In this document: positions 50,008-62,224 of the stretch, in pieces | Layout: each line of letters begins with the position of its first letter | Numbering within the stretch: position 1 is the first letter of the stretch | Source: Haliotis rufescens | Taxonomy: Eukaryota | Assembly (NCBI RefSeq): GCF_023055435.1 | Contig: NW_025963890.1 | Location: 62,496,001 to 62,560,000 of the forward strand | DNA length: 64,000 nucleotides | Direction of reading: 5' to 3' | Notes under the pieces: generated by a model | What the model saw: only the letters and a program-made list of their open reading frames with translations | Database searches by the model: none | Told to the model about the DNA's origin: nothing | Made by a program: the position numbers and the translations under genes

Positions 50008-50219
50008 GGGGAAATGGAAGAGAGTTCTGTTTCAATTTGGGAATCGACATGCATAACGTTGTTTTGACCGGCAGTTTACATCTATACATTTACTACTTCA
50101 TTTAACTTTCTTTATTTGAAAATAAATGAAGTTGGAATGACAGAAGTTCTTGTTTGAACATTACGTATTCACAGTATATACGTATTTGAGACACATGGAA
50201 TGTCTGCTTAAAAGAGTCA

Positions 50220-51662
50220 TTAACACCAACCAGGGCTCCATACACCGCCGTAGAATGAGGGGTTTGCCCCAGGAACAGGAGTATTACTCTGTGCCGGAAC
50301 ACGGGACTTCTTCCAGTTCTCCAGCCTCTTCTTCATCATGTCCACTAGCTCAGGGTACTTGGCTGAGAGGTCGAAGTGTTCAGTTGGATCTGCAGTAATG
50401 TTATACAGCATGAAGGGAGGGAAGGTTTGGTTATCAGCTTGAAAAACACGTTTATCAATTCCAAGATGTGGCAATGGAGCCCAACCGTTGTGATCTCCCG
50501 GACTCCCTTGCATGAGTTTGAGATCTCCGTACCTTATGGCAGCTGCTTCTTGCCTGTCATAGATATTGTAGACGAACTCATTCCGTTTGGAGGGTTTACC
50601 ATTGATGAGCATGTCGTACTGACTGATCCCGTCCATGTTGGGATCTGTGTTCTCTCCACCAGCCAGCTCCACCAAAGTCGGGTACCAGTCTACAGCATGC
50701 ATCATTCCAGTGTTGAGGTAGCCCGTCTTCTTCAGAAGTGTTTTACTGTAGATGAACCCAGTTCCCTTCGTTCCCCCTTCCCATAGAGTTTTTTTGGCTC
50801 CTCGTAAAGGCAAGTTATTAGCAGCATCAAATGTAGGACCACCATTGTCGGTTGTAAAGACTAACAACAGATTGTCCATGAGACCTTTGTCTTCTAAAGC
50901 CGTCGTAATATTTCCCACAGCTTCATCCAATGCACTCACCATTCCACAATATACCCTTCTGTTTTCGGTTTCTATGTTCTTGTACATGTTTTCATATTTA
51001 GGTGGAACTTCAAATGGTACATGAACAGATTGAAATGGAAGATACAGATAGAGTGGTTTATTATTGTCGTGGTTTTCAATGATTTCAACAGCCCTGTTAG
51101 CATACACATACGCAGAGTAGGTCCCACTGGCGTCTCTATATGCAGTCTTGTTGAAGCGAAAATCCAGCCCCACGTCACCTTGGCGATCCTCTGACATGTG
51201 AGTAAAATACTCTTCCATTCCAGAGTAATATCCAAGATAGGTGTCAAAGCCTCTCTCTGTGGGTGTATATTTCCAGTCACAGAAGCCAAGATGCCACTTC
51301 CCAACCATGTGAGCATCATAGCCAAGTTGTTTCAGTTTCTGTGGTATTGTTGTTAGATTGGCCGGCAGGAATTGCGCTGCGTTTACAGCAATAGTGCCAT
51401 CTTGTAGTCCAGTGTGATAGGGGAAATATCCCGACATGAAGCAGTTTCTTGAGGGCGTGCATAAAGGCTGAACGTAAGAAGAGTTGAGGATGACTCCAGC
51501 TTTTGCCAGTCTGTCCAGGTTAGGGGTGATCATTTGAGGGTTCCGAAATCAAACATCGTTCCAGCCGAGGTCATCAGCGACAATAAATACAATGTGAGGC
51601 TTCTCTGCACACTCACAGAGAACTATAGTCAAAATAAGATATAAAGCCGATATGAAATTCAT
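50220..51662 (-). pseudogene. Arylsulfatase B-like copy g6 with a single nonsense codon (G38*)
   Basis: ATG at 51662 reads MNFISALYLILTIVLCECAEKPHIVFIVADDLGWNDV*FRNPQM. TGA at 51549-51551 replaces the GGA found in the paralogs. The rest (437-aa ORF 50220-51533) is intact but lacks the signal peptide and the metal-binding DD. Confidence 0.8.
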
Positions 51663-52399
51663 GTTGTTTCTGGTGTATGCGGTAAAACGTAGACGTATTT
51701 AAGGGTACTTTTAAAGATAAGATGACTCATGACTAACCCTAAGTTTGTCAGCTTGCCATCTTATCTTTTGGAATGCTTACATCGACACATTCCTGACTCT
51801 CCTAATAGTCCAGATTGTACATGTTCAGGCTTAAAAACAGGAAGCTAATTTTGTATTGCCATAATCGTAAAATGATGGGATGTGAGTCTTCAATACTTGA
51901 CCATGCTGTTATACGTTTTAACGTATTACTTACTTAGAAACATGTCTGATCGTCAAAGACTTGTGACAACGTAACGTCAAGTTCGATCATTCGCCTATTG
52001 CTCGGTGCCAGACTGCTTCCTGCCATTTTTCACATGTCAATGCCTTGACGGTTCAAGGCGTGCGAAGGTTTCACGGTGGATACATACCATTGTGTCTGCC
52101 CTGCCGGTGGCGTCACTCATTCTCTTCTTTATGACACCACGAATGAATTTTCTGGACGTAATATCGAGTACAACCGATTTCTAAGAGAGTAATTTACAAG
52201 CTAGTATGAAACTCATGAAAACAATTACAGCTCTATGTTAAATATGTGGATAACTTCTTATCCAAAAGTGTCTACCCATTTTCAATGAATATGCATTTTG
52301 TTTTTACGGTAAATCCGTAAACCCGTTTCAAAAACTTTAAACATATGAATGATACGTTTTATCTCATTTATCATTTCGTTTCTAACCGATAAATGTTTG

Positions 52400-52620
52400 T
52401 CTGTTGTTCGTGCGCACTCAGAAATATTCCAGCTATATGACGGCGGTCTGTAAATAATCGAGTCTTGGCCAGACAATCCAGTGATTGACATCCTGAGCAT
52501 CAATCCACGCAATTGGGATACGATGACATGCATCAACCAAGTCAGCGAGCCTAACGTTAGTCGCCTCTTAAATCAAACATGGGTGGCTGAAGACCTAGTC
52601 TATCCCCGATATTCACGGGT
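52400..52620 (-). mobile_element. Head-less SINE-like element copy
   Basis: The reverse complement starts ACCCGTGAATATCGGGGATAGACTAGGTCTTCAG and has the same body and tail. Confidence 0.8.
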
Positions 52621-53242
52621 CTAACTGTTAAATGATTGTTAAAACAACCAAACACACGTATGCTGGTCATAGTCAGGCATGATAACTTATCTGTTTTGAT
52701 GTACAGCTGCAGATTAAGCCCCAACAACCTTCTGAATTATGCTTTGTATTGATTTTTTTATCTACCATATGTTACCATATTAATTATAAGCGACGCCCTC
52801 AGTATTTTCTTGTTGATAAGTGTAAGTCAGAATCTTTCCTCTGAGGCCCGGAAGAAATAGAAAAGCAATTAAATATAAAACCAATGTTATCTATTAAATG
52901 ATATTGCGTCAGATGATCTTCCTTCAAAGATTATCTCAAGCTTTATGTTTCGTGATAAATGATGTCATCATGTTAATGTTAATTTAATAAATCGTCCTTT
53001 GTTTCTTCCATTTGGTGGAAAGTTTGGACAACGACATATTAATGTTTTGTTGCCGAACGACAAAGTATCAGGTGGCTCTTCAAACTTCTACCAATGATAT
53101 TTTAAATTTGTGTTAAACGATTTGAGCTTAAAAGAAACGAATTACATTGCAGCCACTCACACTGTCTTCGCTTCACTAGTGGTCCCATTAACTTTATTCT
53201 CTCTATCACTTCATTACTGCCACTACTTCTAGGAATATTGCA

Positions 53243-53470
53243 CTGTGAAGATTCGGGTTAGATTTTGGACTTCACCAACCCATGTTTGTTGTAAGAGGCA
53301 ACTAACGGGATCGGGTGGTCAGGCTTGGTTGATGCATGTTATCGTATCCCAAATGCGTAGACCAGTGCTCATGATGTCAATTACTGGACTGTTTTTTCCA
53401 GACTCGATTATTTACAGACCGCCGCCATATAGCTGGGATATTGCTGAGTGCGTCGTTTAACAACAAAGAG
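53243..53470 (+). mobile_element. Head-less SINE-like element copy
   Basis: ctgtgaagattcgggttaga...gtaagaggcaactaacgggatcgggtgg...gctgggatattgctgagtgcg. Confidence 0.8.
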
Positions 53471-55367
53471 ACAAATCTAGGAATATGGTCATAATAATAG
53501 GACACCTATTCCTATTACAACATATCGCCTCCATGGTCTAACTAAACTTGCTGGGCCAAAAACTACAACTTACGTTTAGTCTGTTAATTCTACAACTCAT
53601 CTGGAACGAGATTAATCATGGTGACGTCACTTCCGGAAATAAATGCAGCTGAAGACGTCAAAAGTTGGAGCAAGAAGAATGCAATTAAACACCAAATATA
53701 CACGTGACAGTAATTAGGATGGATGTAATGTACCCAATACCCAGGAAGGTGTTTACGTAGGTATTTTGGAATAAATATTTTTACTTCAGTAAAACATTAA
53801 ACAATCTCGGAATGAACTACACACCTTTCGATCACGTAAGCGCCGGTAGATTGCGGGACTATTTGAGCCGATCACTGGAACTATAACTGTTACATGTTAC
53901 GATGAAACATTTAATTGATCTTATACCTACAATATACGCAGTCTTTTACACACAAGACGTCTATATATAATAATAATAAATAATCATATCTTGAACAACT
54001 ATGAAAACTTCAAAACGATTTCGGGAACGTGGGCGAAAACCAAAGGTCTCGATCGATGAAAAACAAAAAACAACAACCAAAAAACAACTTACCTGTCGGT
54101 CATGTGAAACAATTTCAATGATTGTGCGAATAATGTCCAGGTATGGTAAGTAGACCAATGTTAGGCTGTATCATGCCTTGTCCTTTGTATATTTCCCGTG
54201 AAATGTAATCCAGTGCATCTGTGTCTGTGTGGTGCTGGTGAAGATTGTAACACGTTAAGGTAAGCGACAAGATGATAAACACCTACACCAAAAGATAGCA
54301 GATCTGAATACTATCAGGAGAATGTTGATAACTTAATATCATTCTGGACCATTTATTTGAAGTTTATTTTTTCACGTGGATTTAATTTGTTTTTAAAAAT
54401 ACTGGACACAAATTGGTCACTGGATGTCCTGACAAAATGTGTTGTCTCTAAGTCCATGCTTGTCGGTCTCCTAGACCCTAGAGAATAAATTACCAAATGA
54501 ACCCAACCTAGAAGGAATTGATAAGTCTAGCATTTCCCTGGGCTCCTTTTGGATTTTATTTTGTATTTTGTAGACTGCAAAGTATCCACAGAACATTCAA
54601 TGTATTTATTTATATTCAATTATTGTAACCATTCTATATTCATTAAACATTTTTTTAAATGCTTAGTTTTCTTAAAGCCCAATCTGCGGTAGCAACTACC
54701 GCATTCTAGTGGGCGGAGCTTATACGAGTGATCTGACAGGTCAATATGACGTCATGATAACACACACATTTCATTGGTTAATGCGTAAACGTGTGACGTC
54801 ATGTAAACACCGACCCATGTATACCGTTTTACAACAAGGACGTAAGTTTTAATGGTAATAAATATCTATCAAAAGATTCCAAGACTTTTCAACAAACGCG
54901 TAGGTCTTTGGTTTCAAAACATACCTGCATGTCGTCTTCACATCTTCATAAAATGATACCGTGGAATGTCCACGATTTATCCAACAATATATACGGCAAT
55001 CGGTGATTTCAACAGTGTTTTTCTTCGTTGTGTTGGTCTTGGCTCATCTGAAATCTGGATGACAACGATCGTGTAAAAACCCTGGTAATGGTCAAATATA
55101 TTTTTAAGTGATCAAAGTAGTTTTTTGTCTTTTCCGTGACATGTTTTCATTGCCCAGTAGCAATGTATTTTGGCAAAGTCACACTTGTCCGAAAGATCCT
55201 CATGCCGAATTAACTCGATCCGTGAAACTTGGCGAGTCCCAGTGACCCAGATTCCTTGTTGATTGGCATGCCAAGTGTCATTTGCATAAGGCCCTACATA
55301 ATTTTTTGGTATGTGTTTCTGACCTCAAGCCTCAACTAACCAGAGAGCGGGCGGACGAAATAAAATA

Positions 55368-55756
55368 AACTGACGTCCAAAAGAAGTCTATCTAAAACAC
55401 AACCTAAATACAACAATAGTGTATGCAGAAAATGTTAATCGTCTGTTACATGTTTGCGAGATAAAACGCGAAAAAGTGAAAAACACGTGCACGTGCGGGT
55501 AAGGGTATAAAACGATTGCAACGGCAAGTCAGACATCCACAGTGATAAAACAATACAATAAGAAATGCAACGACTCACAGTCGAACAACGTGAACGAGCC
55601 TTGAGTATGGTACAGATGGGAGCCACCCACTCCCATATTGCACGAACCTTCGGTTGCTCCCATGTTGCCGTTACCAACTTGATGCAACGTTACAGACAGA
55701 CAGGGCGGACCGCTGACAGGCCAAGAACAGGCAGAACGCCCCATGATGACCGGTAC
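55368..55756 (+). mobile_element. Tc1/mariner 5' fragment
   Basis: TA followed by TIR aactgacgtccaaaagaa, then the paired-like HTH start MQRLTVEQRERAL...DRPRTGR. Confidence 0.85.
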
Positions 55757-55757
55757 C

Positions 55758-58155
55758 GGAGAAGCTTTTTGAAAACCGTATGTAAACAAGATCACCAAAG
55801 ACCCTCAAACTTCGTATCAACTTGAGTGACAAACCCTGGATACCACAAATGGCTCCATATCTAGATATAAGTCAATTCATTTTCTGTAGTTTTATCATAA
55901 AAAATCGAATCGATCGTGTTTGGCGTCTGCATCAATCACAGTAGGCGACGCTTATTTACGGTTGAGCTTATATAAATAGCAAAGCACATGGTCATGTGTA
56001 CATGTGACACATTCAATGACTTTGTGGTCAAAGTGTATTGTGTTGTATATTTTTACGGCAGAACAGCAGCAGAACATCGATCAGTTTCGGTTAATGTAAC
56101 AGTAACCATACATACATACACGATTCTTTCAGTTAAATCCGAAAATTACAGATATTTCTTTAATTTTTGGTCATTTGCATTCAACAGTTGAATCTGTGCC
56201 ACACAATAATCAGATTATAAACTGACGTCCAAAAGAAACTTTACCAACTGAAAATATAAATTTCAGATAAAGTATAAATTTGTTTTCGATGAAGTCTATC
56301 TAAAACACATCACCTAAATACAACAATAGTGTATGCAGAAAATGTTAATCGACTGTTACATGTTTGCGAGATAACACGCGAAAAAGTGAAAAACGCGTGC
56401 ACCACGGACAACTGCAAATGCACGTTCGGGTAAGGGTATAAAACGATTGCAACGTCAAGTCAGACATCCACAGTGATAAAAAAATACAAAAGAAATGCTA
56501 CGACTCACAGTCGAACAACGTGAACGAGCCTTGGGTATGGTACAGATGGGACGCCCATATTGCACGAACCTTCGGTTGCTCCCGTGTTGCCGTTACCATC
56601 TTGATGCAACGTTACAGACAGACAGGGCGGACCGCTGACAGGCCAAGAACAGGCAGACCCAGGGTGACCACGCCCCATGGTGACCGGTACTTGCGTACCT
56701 TGCACCTCCGAAATCGCTTCCTGACAGTGACGTCATCGGCGACAAATGCCTTAGGTCCAAGGTTAGTCGACAGACAGTGGCCAGGAGACTCAGGGCTCAT
56801 GGAATCAGGGCTTTTAGACCATACAGAGGACAGCTTTTGACAGCGCAACATCGTCGTCTGCGAATGAGATGGGCTCGGACTGTACGACGTTGGCAACGAC
56901 GTGACTGGCAGAGGGTTGTATTCACTAACGAAAGTCGAAAGTTCCATCAGCCCTAAACATACAGAATCGACTTTCGTTAGTGAAGACAACCCTCTGCCAG
57001 TCACGTCGTTGCCAACGTCGTACCGTCCGGGCCCATCTCAATCGCAGACGACGATGTTGCGCTGTCAATAACTGTCCTCTGTATGGTCTAAAAGCCCTGA
57101 TTCCATGAGCCCTGAGTCTCCTGGCCACTGTCTGTCGACTAACCCTGTGACTTAAGGCATTTGTCGCCGATGACGTCACTGTCAGGAAGCGATTTCGGAG
57201 GTGCAAGGTACGCAAGTACCGGTCACCATGGGGCGTGGTCACCCTGGGTCTGCCTGTTCTTGGCCTGTCAGCGGTCCGCCCTGTCTGTCTGTAACGTTGC
57301 ATCAAGTTGGTAACGGCAACACGGGAGCAACCGAAGGTTCGTGCAATATGGGCGTGGGTGGCTCCCATCTGTACCATACCCAAGGCTCGTTCACGTTGTT
57401 CGACTGTGAGTCGTAGCATTTCTTTTGTATTTTTTTATCACTGTGGATGTCTGACTTGACGTTGCAATCGTTTTATACCCTTACCCGAACGTGCATTTGC
57501 AGTTGTCCGTGGTGCACGCGTTTTTCACTTTTTCGCGTGTTATCTCGCAAACATGTAACAGTCGATTAACATTTTCTGCATACACTATTGTTGTATTTAG
57601 GTGATGTGTTTTAGATAGACTTCATCGAAAACAAATTTATACTTTGTCTAAAATTTATATTTTCAGTTGGTAAAGTTTCTTTTGGACGTCAGTTTATAAT
57701 CTGATTATTGTGTGGCACAGATCCAACTGTTGAATGCAAATGACCAAAAACTAAAGAAATATCTGTAATTTTCGGATTTAACTGAAAGAATCGTGTATGT
57801 ATGTATGGTTACTGTTACATTAACCGAAACTGATGGATGTTCTGCTGCTTTCTGCCGTAAAAATATACAACACAATACACTTTGACCACAAAGTCATTGA
57901 ATGTGTCACATGTACACATGACCATGTGCTTTGCTATTTATATAAGCTCAACCGTAAATAAGCGTCGCCCACTGTGATTGGTGCAGACGCCAAACACGAT
58001 CGATTCGATTTTTTATGATAAAACTACAGAAAATGTATTGACTTATATCTAGATATGGAGCCATTTGTGGTATCCAGGGTTTGTCACTCAAGTTGATACG
58101 AAGTTTGAGGGTCTTTGGTGATCTTGTTTACATACGGTTTTCAAAAAGCTTCTCC
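55758..58155. repeat. ~2.4-kb near-perfect palindrome
   Basis: Arms 55758-56938 and 56967-58155 with a 28-nt spacer. Scattered mismatches and an 8-nt indel distinguish the arms. Confidence 0.93.
56220..57694. mobile_element. Fold-back Tc1/mariner element: two inverted 5' halves, each bounded by TA + TIR
   Basis: Transposase N-half on + (~56496-56938, frameshifted) and on - (56925-57419, 164 aa ending VFTNESRF). The same TIR is present at both ends. Confidence 0.9.
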
Positions 58156-58334
58156 CGAAACTCGGTTGTGTTTACATTGTCAGTCACTGTTCGAAACTGA
58201 AACTTTAATTGAAAACAAACGAAGTTGATGCAGTTAAGATTCGATTTTACATGTTCGTATGACTGTTGGTACTTTGAACATTAATATACTATAAACGTAT
58301 CTTTGTAAGATAATGTGTCTGTTTGTAAGAGACA

Positions 58335-59777
58335 TCAACACCAGCCTGGACTCCAAACACCGCCAAAATATTTGGGGTTTGCTGCAGGAACAGCTGAATT
58401 GTCTTGTGCCGGGACACGGGACTTCTTCCAGTTCTCCAGCCTCTTCTTCATCATGTCCACTAACTCAGGATATTTGGCTGAGAGGTCGAAGTGTTCAGTT
58501 GGATCTGCAGTAATGTTGTATAGCATGAAGGGAGGGAAGGTTTGGTTATCAGATTGAAAGACACCTCCATCAATTCCAAGATGTGGTAAAGGAGCCCAAC
58601 CATTGTGAGATCCCGGACTTCCTTGCATGAGTTTGAGATCTCCATACCTTATTGCAGCTGCTTCCCGCTCGTCATATATGTTGTAGACGAACTCATTCCG
58701 TTTGGTGGGTCCACCATTGATGAGCATGTCGTACTGACTGACTCCGTCCATGTTGGGGTCTGTGTTCTCTCCACCAGCTAACTCCACCAAAGTCGGGTAC
58801 CAGTCCACAGCATGCATCATTCCAGTGTTGAGGTAGCCCGTCTTCTTCAGAAGAGTTTTACTGTAGATGAACCCAGTTCCCTTCGTTCCCCCTTCCCACA
58901 GAGTATTTTTGGCTCCTCGTAAAGGCAAGTTATTAGCAGCAACAAATGTGGGACCACCATTATCGGTTGTAAAGACTAACAAAAGATTGTCCATGAAACC
59001 TTTGTCTTCTAAAGCTTTAGTGATATTCCCAACAGCTTCGTCTAACGCACTCACCATTCCACAATAAATTCTTCTGCTTTTGTTTGCGATGTTCTTGTAC
59101 ATGTTTTCATATACAGGTGGAACTTCTAAAGGTTCATGAACAGACTGGAATGGAAGGTATAGATAAAGTGGCTTACTGTTGTCATGGTTCTCAATGATTT
59201 CAACAGCTCTGTCCGCAAACACATTTGCAGAATAGGTTCCATTTGCGTTTCCATAGACCGTCTTGTTGAAGTGAAAATCCAGGCCCACGTCACCTTGGCG
59301 ATCCTGTGACGTGTGAGTAAAATACTCTTCATCACCGGAGTAATAGCCAAGATAGGAATCAAAGCCTCTCTCTGTGGGTGTATATTTCCAGTTACAGAAG
59401 CCAAGATGCCACTTCCCAACCATGTGAGCATCATAGCCAAGTTGTTTCAGTCTTTGTGGTATAGTTGTTAGGTTGGCTTGGAGGAATTTTGCTGCGTTTA
59501 TGGCAATAACGCCATCTTGTAGTCCAGTGTGATAGGGGAAATATCCCGACATGAAGCAGTTTCTGGAGGGCGAGCACAGAGGCTGAACGTAAGAAGAGTT
59601 GAGGATGACTCCAGCTTTGGCCAGTCTGTCCAGGTTAGGGGTGATCATTTGAGGGTTCCGAAATCCGACATCGTTCCAGCCGAGGTCATCAGCGACTATA
59701 AATATAATGTGAGGTTTCTCTGCACACTCACAGATAACAAAAGTCAGAACAATAAAGAGAGCTCCTCCGAGACTCAT
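58335..59777 (-). CDS. Arylsulfatase B-like sulfatase, copy g7 (480 aa)
   Basis: Intact ORF. ATG 59777 (MSLGGALFIVLTFVICECA) aligns with the paralog starts; the frame stays open upstream to 59996. Confidence 0.92.
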   Translation of the reverse strand: MSLGGALFIVLTFVICECAEKPHIIFIVADDLGWNDVGFRNPQMITPNLDRLAKAGVILNSSYVQPLCSPSRNCFMSGYFPYHTGLQDGVIAINAAKFLQANLTTIPQRLKQLGYDAHMVGKWHLGFCNWKYTPTERGFDSYLGYYSGDEEYFTHTSQDRQGDVGLDFHFNKTVYGNANGTYSANVFADRAVEIIENHDNSKPLYLYLPFQSVHEPLEVPPVYENMYKNIANKSRRIYCGMVSALDEAVGNITKALEDKGFMDNLLLVFTTDNGGPTFVAANNLPLRGAKNTLWEGGTKGTGFIYSKTLLKKTGYLNTGMMHAVDWYPTLVELAGGENTDPNMDGVSQYDMLINGGPTKRNEFVYNIYDEREAAAIRYGDLKLMQGSPGSHNGWAPLPHLGIDGGVFQSDNQTFPPFMLYNITADPTEHFDLSAKYPELVDMMKKRLENWKKSRVPAQDNSAVPAANPKYFGGVWSPGWC

Positions 59778-61277
59778 TTTGCTTCTGCTCAATGTCGTAC
59801 ATTGTGCTTCTATATAAAGGTTTCCAATAGATAACGCACGTCGTGACAAGCCCAGAGCTTGCATTCTTTCTGTGTGATTACCAGCTGGATAGTCCCTTTG
59901 TCGAGATTTATGCCACAAAATCAGTGCATATGTTGCCAACATAAATGTATTCACAATACCTATAAGTGAAGCCATTGCACCATTAATACATCGCATTATT
60001 ATAAGCTAGCATGGTTTGACAAAATTGAAAAATGCCCCTTTCAGACAAGTGGCTGAACAACATATGTGTAGTCATATGTATTTCATTTATATTTAAACAA
60101 AAACTCTTTAAATGTTTGACTGTATGCATTATGCCCGTGCCCCCTCCCTGCGTGATGAAGCAGGAATATTTTTGAATGGGTTTAAGAGCCTTTTCTCAAT
60201 GACTCTCTCATTTCACTCATATATCCTCGATGATCTTTAGAGGAGATTTGTTTTAGTGACGGATTAAATCTCATTGTTTCAGGATATCCAGAACGCCAGG
60301 CAAACAAGTTTGTGTGTTTTAAATCTGAGATAAAATATTTAATTTTTGAATATCCCAGACCATATCTGCATGTGAAATATCTCGTTATCCATATGACAGA
60401 ATGTTTTTGTCCTTTTTTTATCCAGATTAAGTGTTCAATGTCATTTGCTTCAAGACATGCAGTACATGGGGGATTTTTGTGTTTGTTTGAAGCATATAGG
60501 AAAGTTATTTATGACGTATTTTCTAGTACAATTTTCCTTGTATATATCCCAGACCATTTCTAAATCAACCTTTCTTGTTATACAGCAACTCCTTGTTTCC
60601 GAAATAAGCATAACAAACACAGTTGTCATATGGCGTTACATGTTGTGATTGCACTGTTGAAAGGACGGTTGTATATGATAATGCCGACTTTATAAAAAAA
60701 ACTTTAATTTCTTTTAATAAACCCGTTGTGAGATATCATGAACAGTAATGCTACATAAAAAAGGCCGATTGAAGGAGACAACTAATTACGAGCAAATCCG
60801 TTGATAATATCACAAAAAGAAAATTAGCTTGGGCAAGGAACGAACTTATGTTATAAATATCCAAAACATATTAAGCCGTCCTATATCACATGGTGAAGTA
60901 TAAAAATGGAGAAGTGGGAAGTTGGTTAATTGTTAAATGTATATATCCCATGAAATGTAGTAGTGGTGGAGAAAGGAGAGGCAGAATATTCGCAAACTTA
61001 CTACCATTCTGGTCCATATGTGTTTCTTTTAATTTCTTATCTTTGTACTAACCTTGTGCTATTTCTGACTTGAGCTAGAAAATACTTGAAATGTATTATG
61101 TGACATATGTCTTTCTCAAATTTGGAGATAAGGCATTTTGCAAGTGGTAGATACCACATACATGTACGTACGATTTGTGCCTGTCCCCCAGCTGACCTGT
61201 TTCACAAATCGGAATTGGTTAAATTAAAGAAACGACACGTTGCCCAAAAATTCAACCGAAGTTTCAGATATATATAT

Positions 61278-62118
61278 GCCCCTCTTCAGTGGGCAACACA
61301 GCACCAGCATTGGCGCCACAAGAAGTGGAGAAGAGTCCTCTTCTCATACGAGAGCCGTTACTGTATCTCAACAGCAGATGGCAGAGAGAGAGAGAGTCTG
61401 GCGACGGCATTGGGAACGTTATTCGGATGCTTGTGTTGTTGAGAGACGCTCCTGGGGGCAGTCCGAGCATTATGGTGTGGGGTGGAGGCCCTGTGTGGTG
61501 CACGGAGGGTAGGCCCTGTGGTCTTCCAGAACATCGGTCCAGGGAGTGGCAATGGTGTCACAGCATTGATCAAGTCTTGAGACCAAACGCCATACCTCAT
61601 TTGGCACGTCGGCGCAACCACGAGTTTCAGCATGATTACGCCCGTACCCACACTGCGAGAGCAACAAGAGACTTCCTCCAGCAGAATGGCATCAGAACCA
61701 TGCAGTGACCTGCCCTCGATTTAAATCCCATTGAGCACCTGCGGGACGAGATTCAAAGACGGCTGAATGACGTCCGACAAAGGCCGACAAGTGCAGCTGA
61801 ACTGCGTCAGGCGTTCCTCAGAGTGTGGGTTCAAGTGCCTATGGCCTTCATCAACCACCTCATCCATTCCATGTATCGACCTTGCACGGCAGTCATCAAT
61901 GCACATGGCGGACACACGAGATACTGACTTGTAATGCCATTTTCTCAAAGACTAGTGTTGTGTTTCACTTTAAGAACATTTGACACTTTAATTTCAACCT
62001 TGATGATCAGTTTTGCCAAGTTTCATCTTTTAACATGTCTCAAAGTATGTTTACAGTGTTTGGACAAATAAGGTTTCTCATATATCTATCCATGGTGACA
62101 TTTCTTTTGCGGTTCAGT
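61278..62118 (+). mobile_element. Tc1 (DD34E-type) 3' fragment, second family
   Basis: WRRVLFSYESRY, IMVWGG, FQHDYARTH, DLNPIEH, GGHTRY*; the right TIR tttcttttgcggttcagt is followed by TA. Confidence 0.85.
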
Positions 62119-62224
62119 ATATATATGACCTAATTTGTTTCAACAATGCCGGGATAAATGAACATTACCCGATGTATAAATCAAAGAATGGCAGAAAACA
62201 TATTCAATGTCTTTTCTGAATCTG

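Noticed and set aside
51549-51551. Selenocysteine recoding of the in-frame TGA in g6
   Set aside because: The position is a conserved Gly, not Cys; it is one substitution from GGA; no SECIS was recognised.
3689-59777. Bacterial sulfatase cluster, contamination or recent horizontal transfer
   Set aside because: The genes are embedded among animal LINEs, SINEs and Tc1 elements, have an ARSB-like C-terminus and show no operon context. A phylogeny is still needed to exclude ancient transfer.
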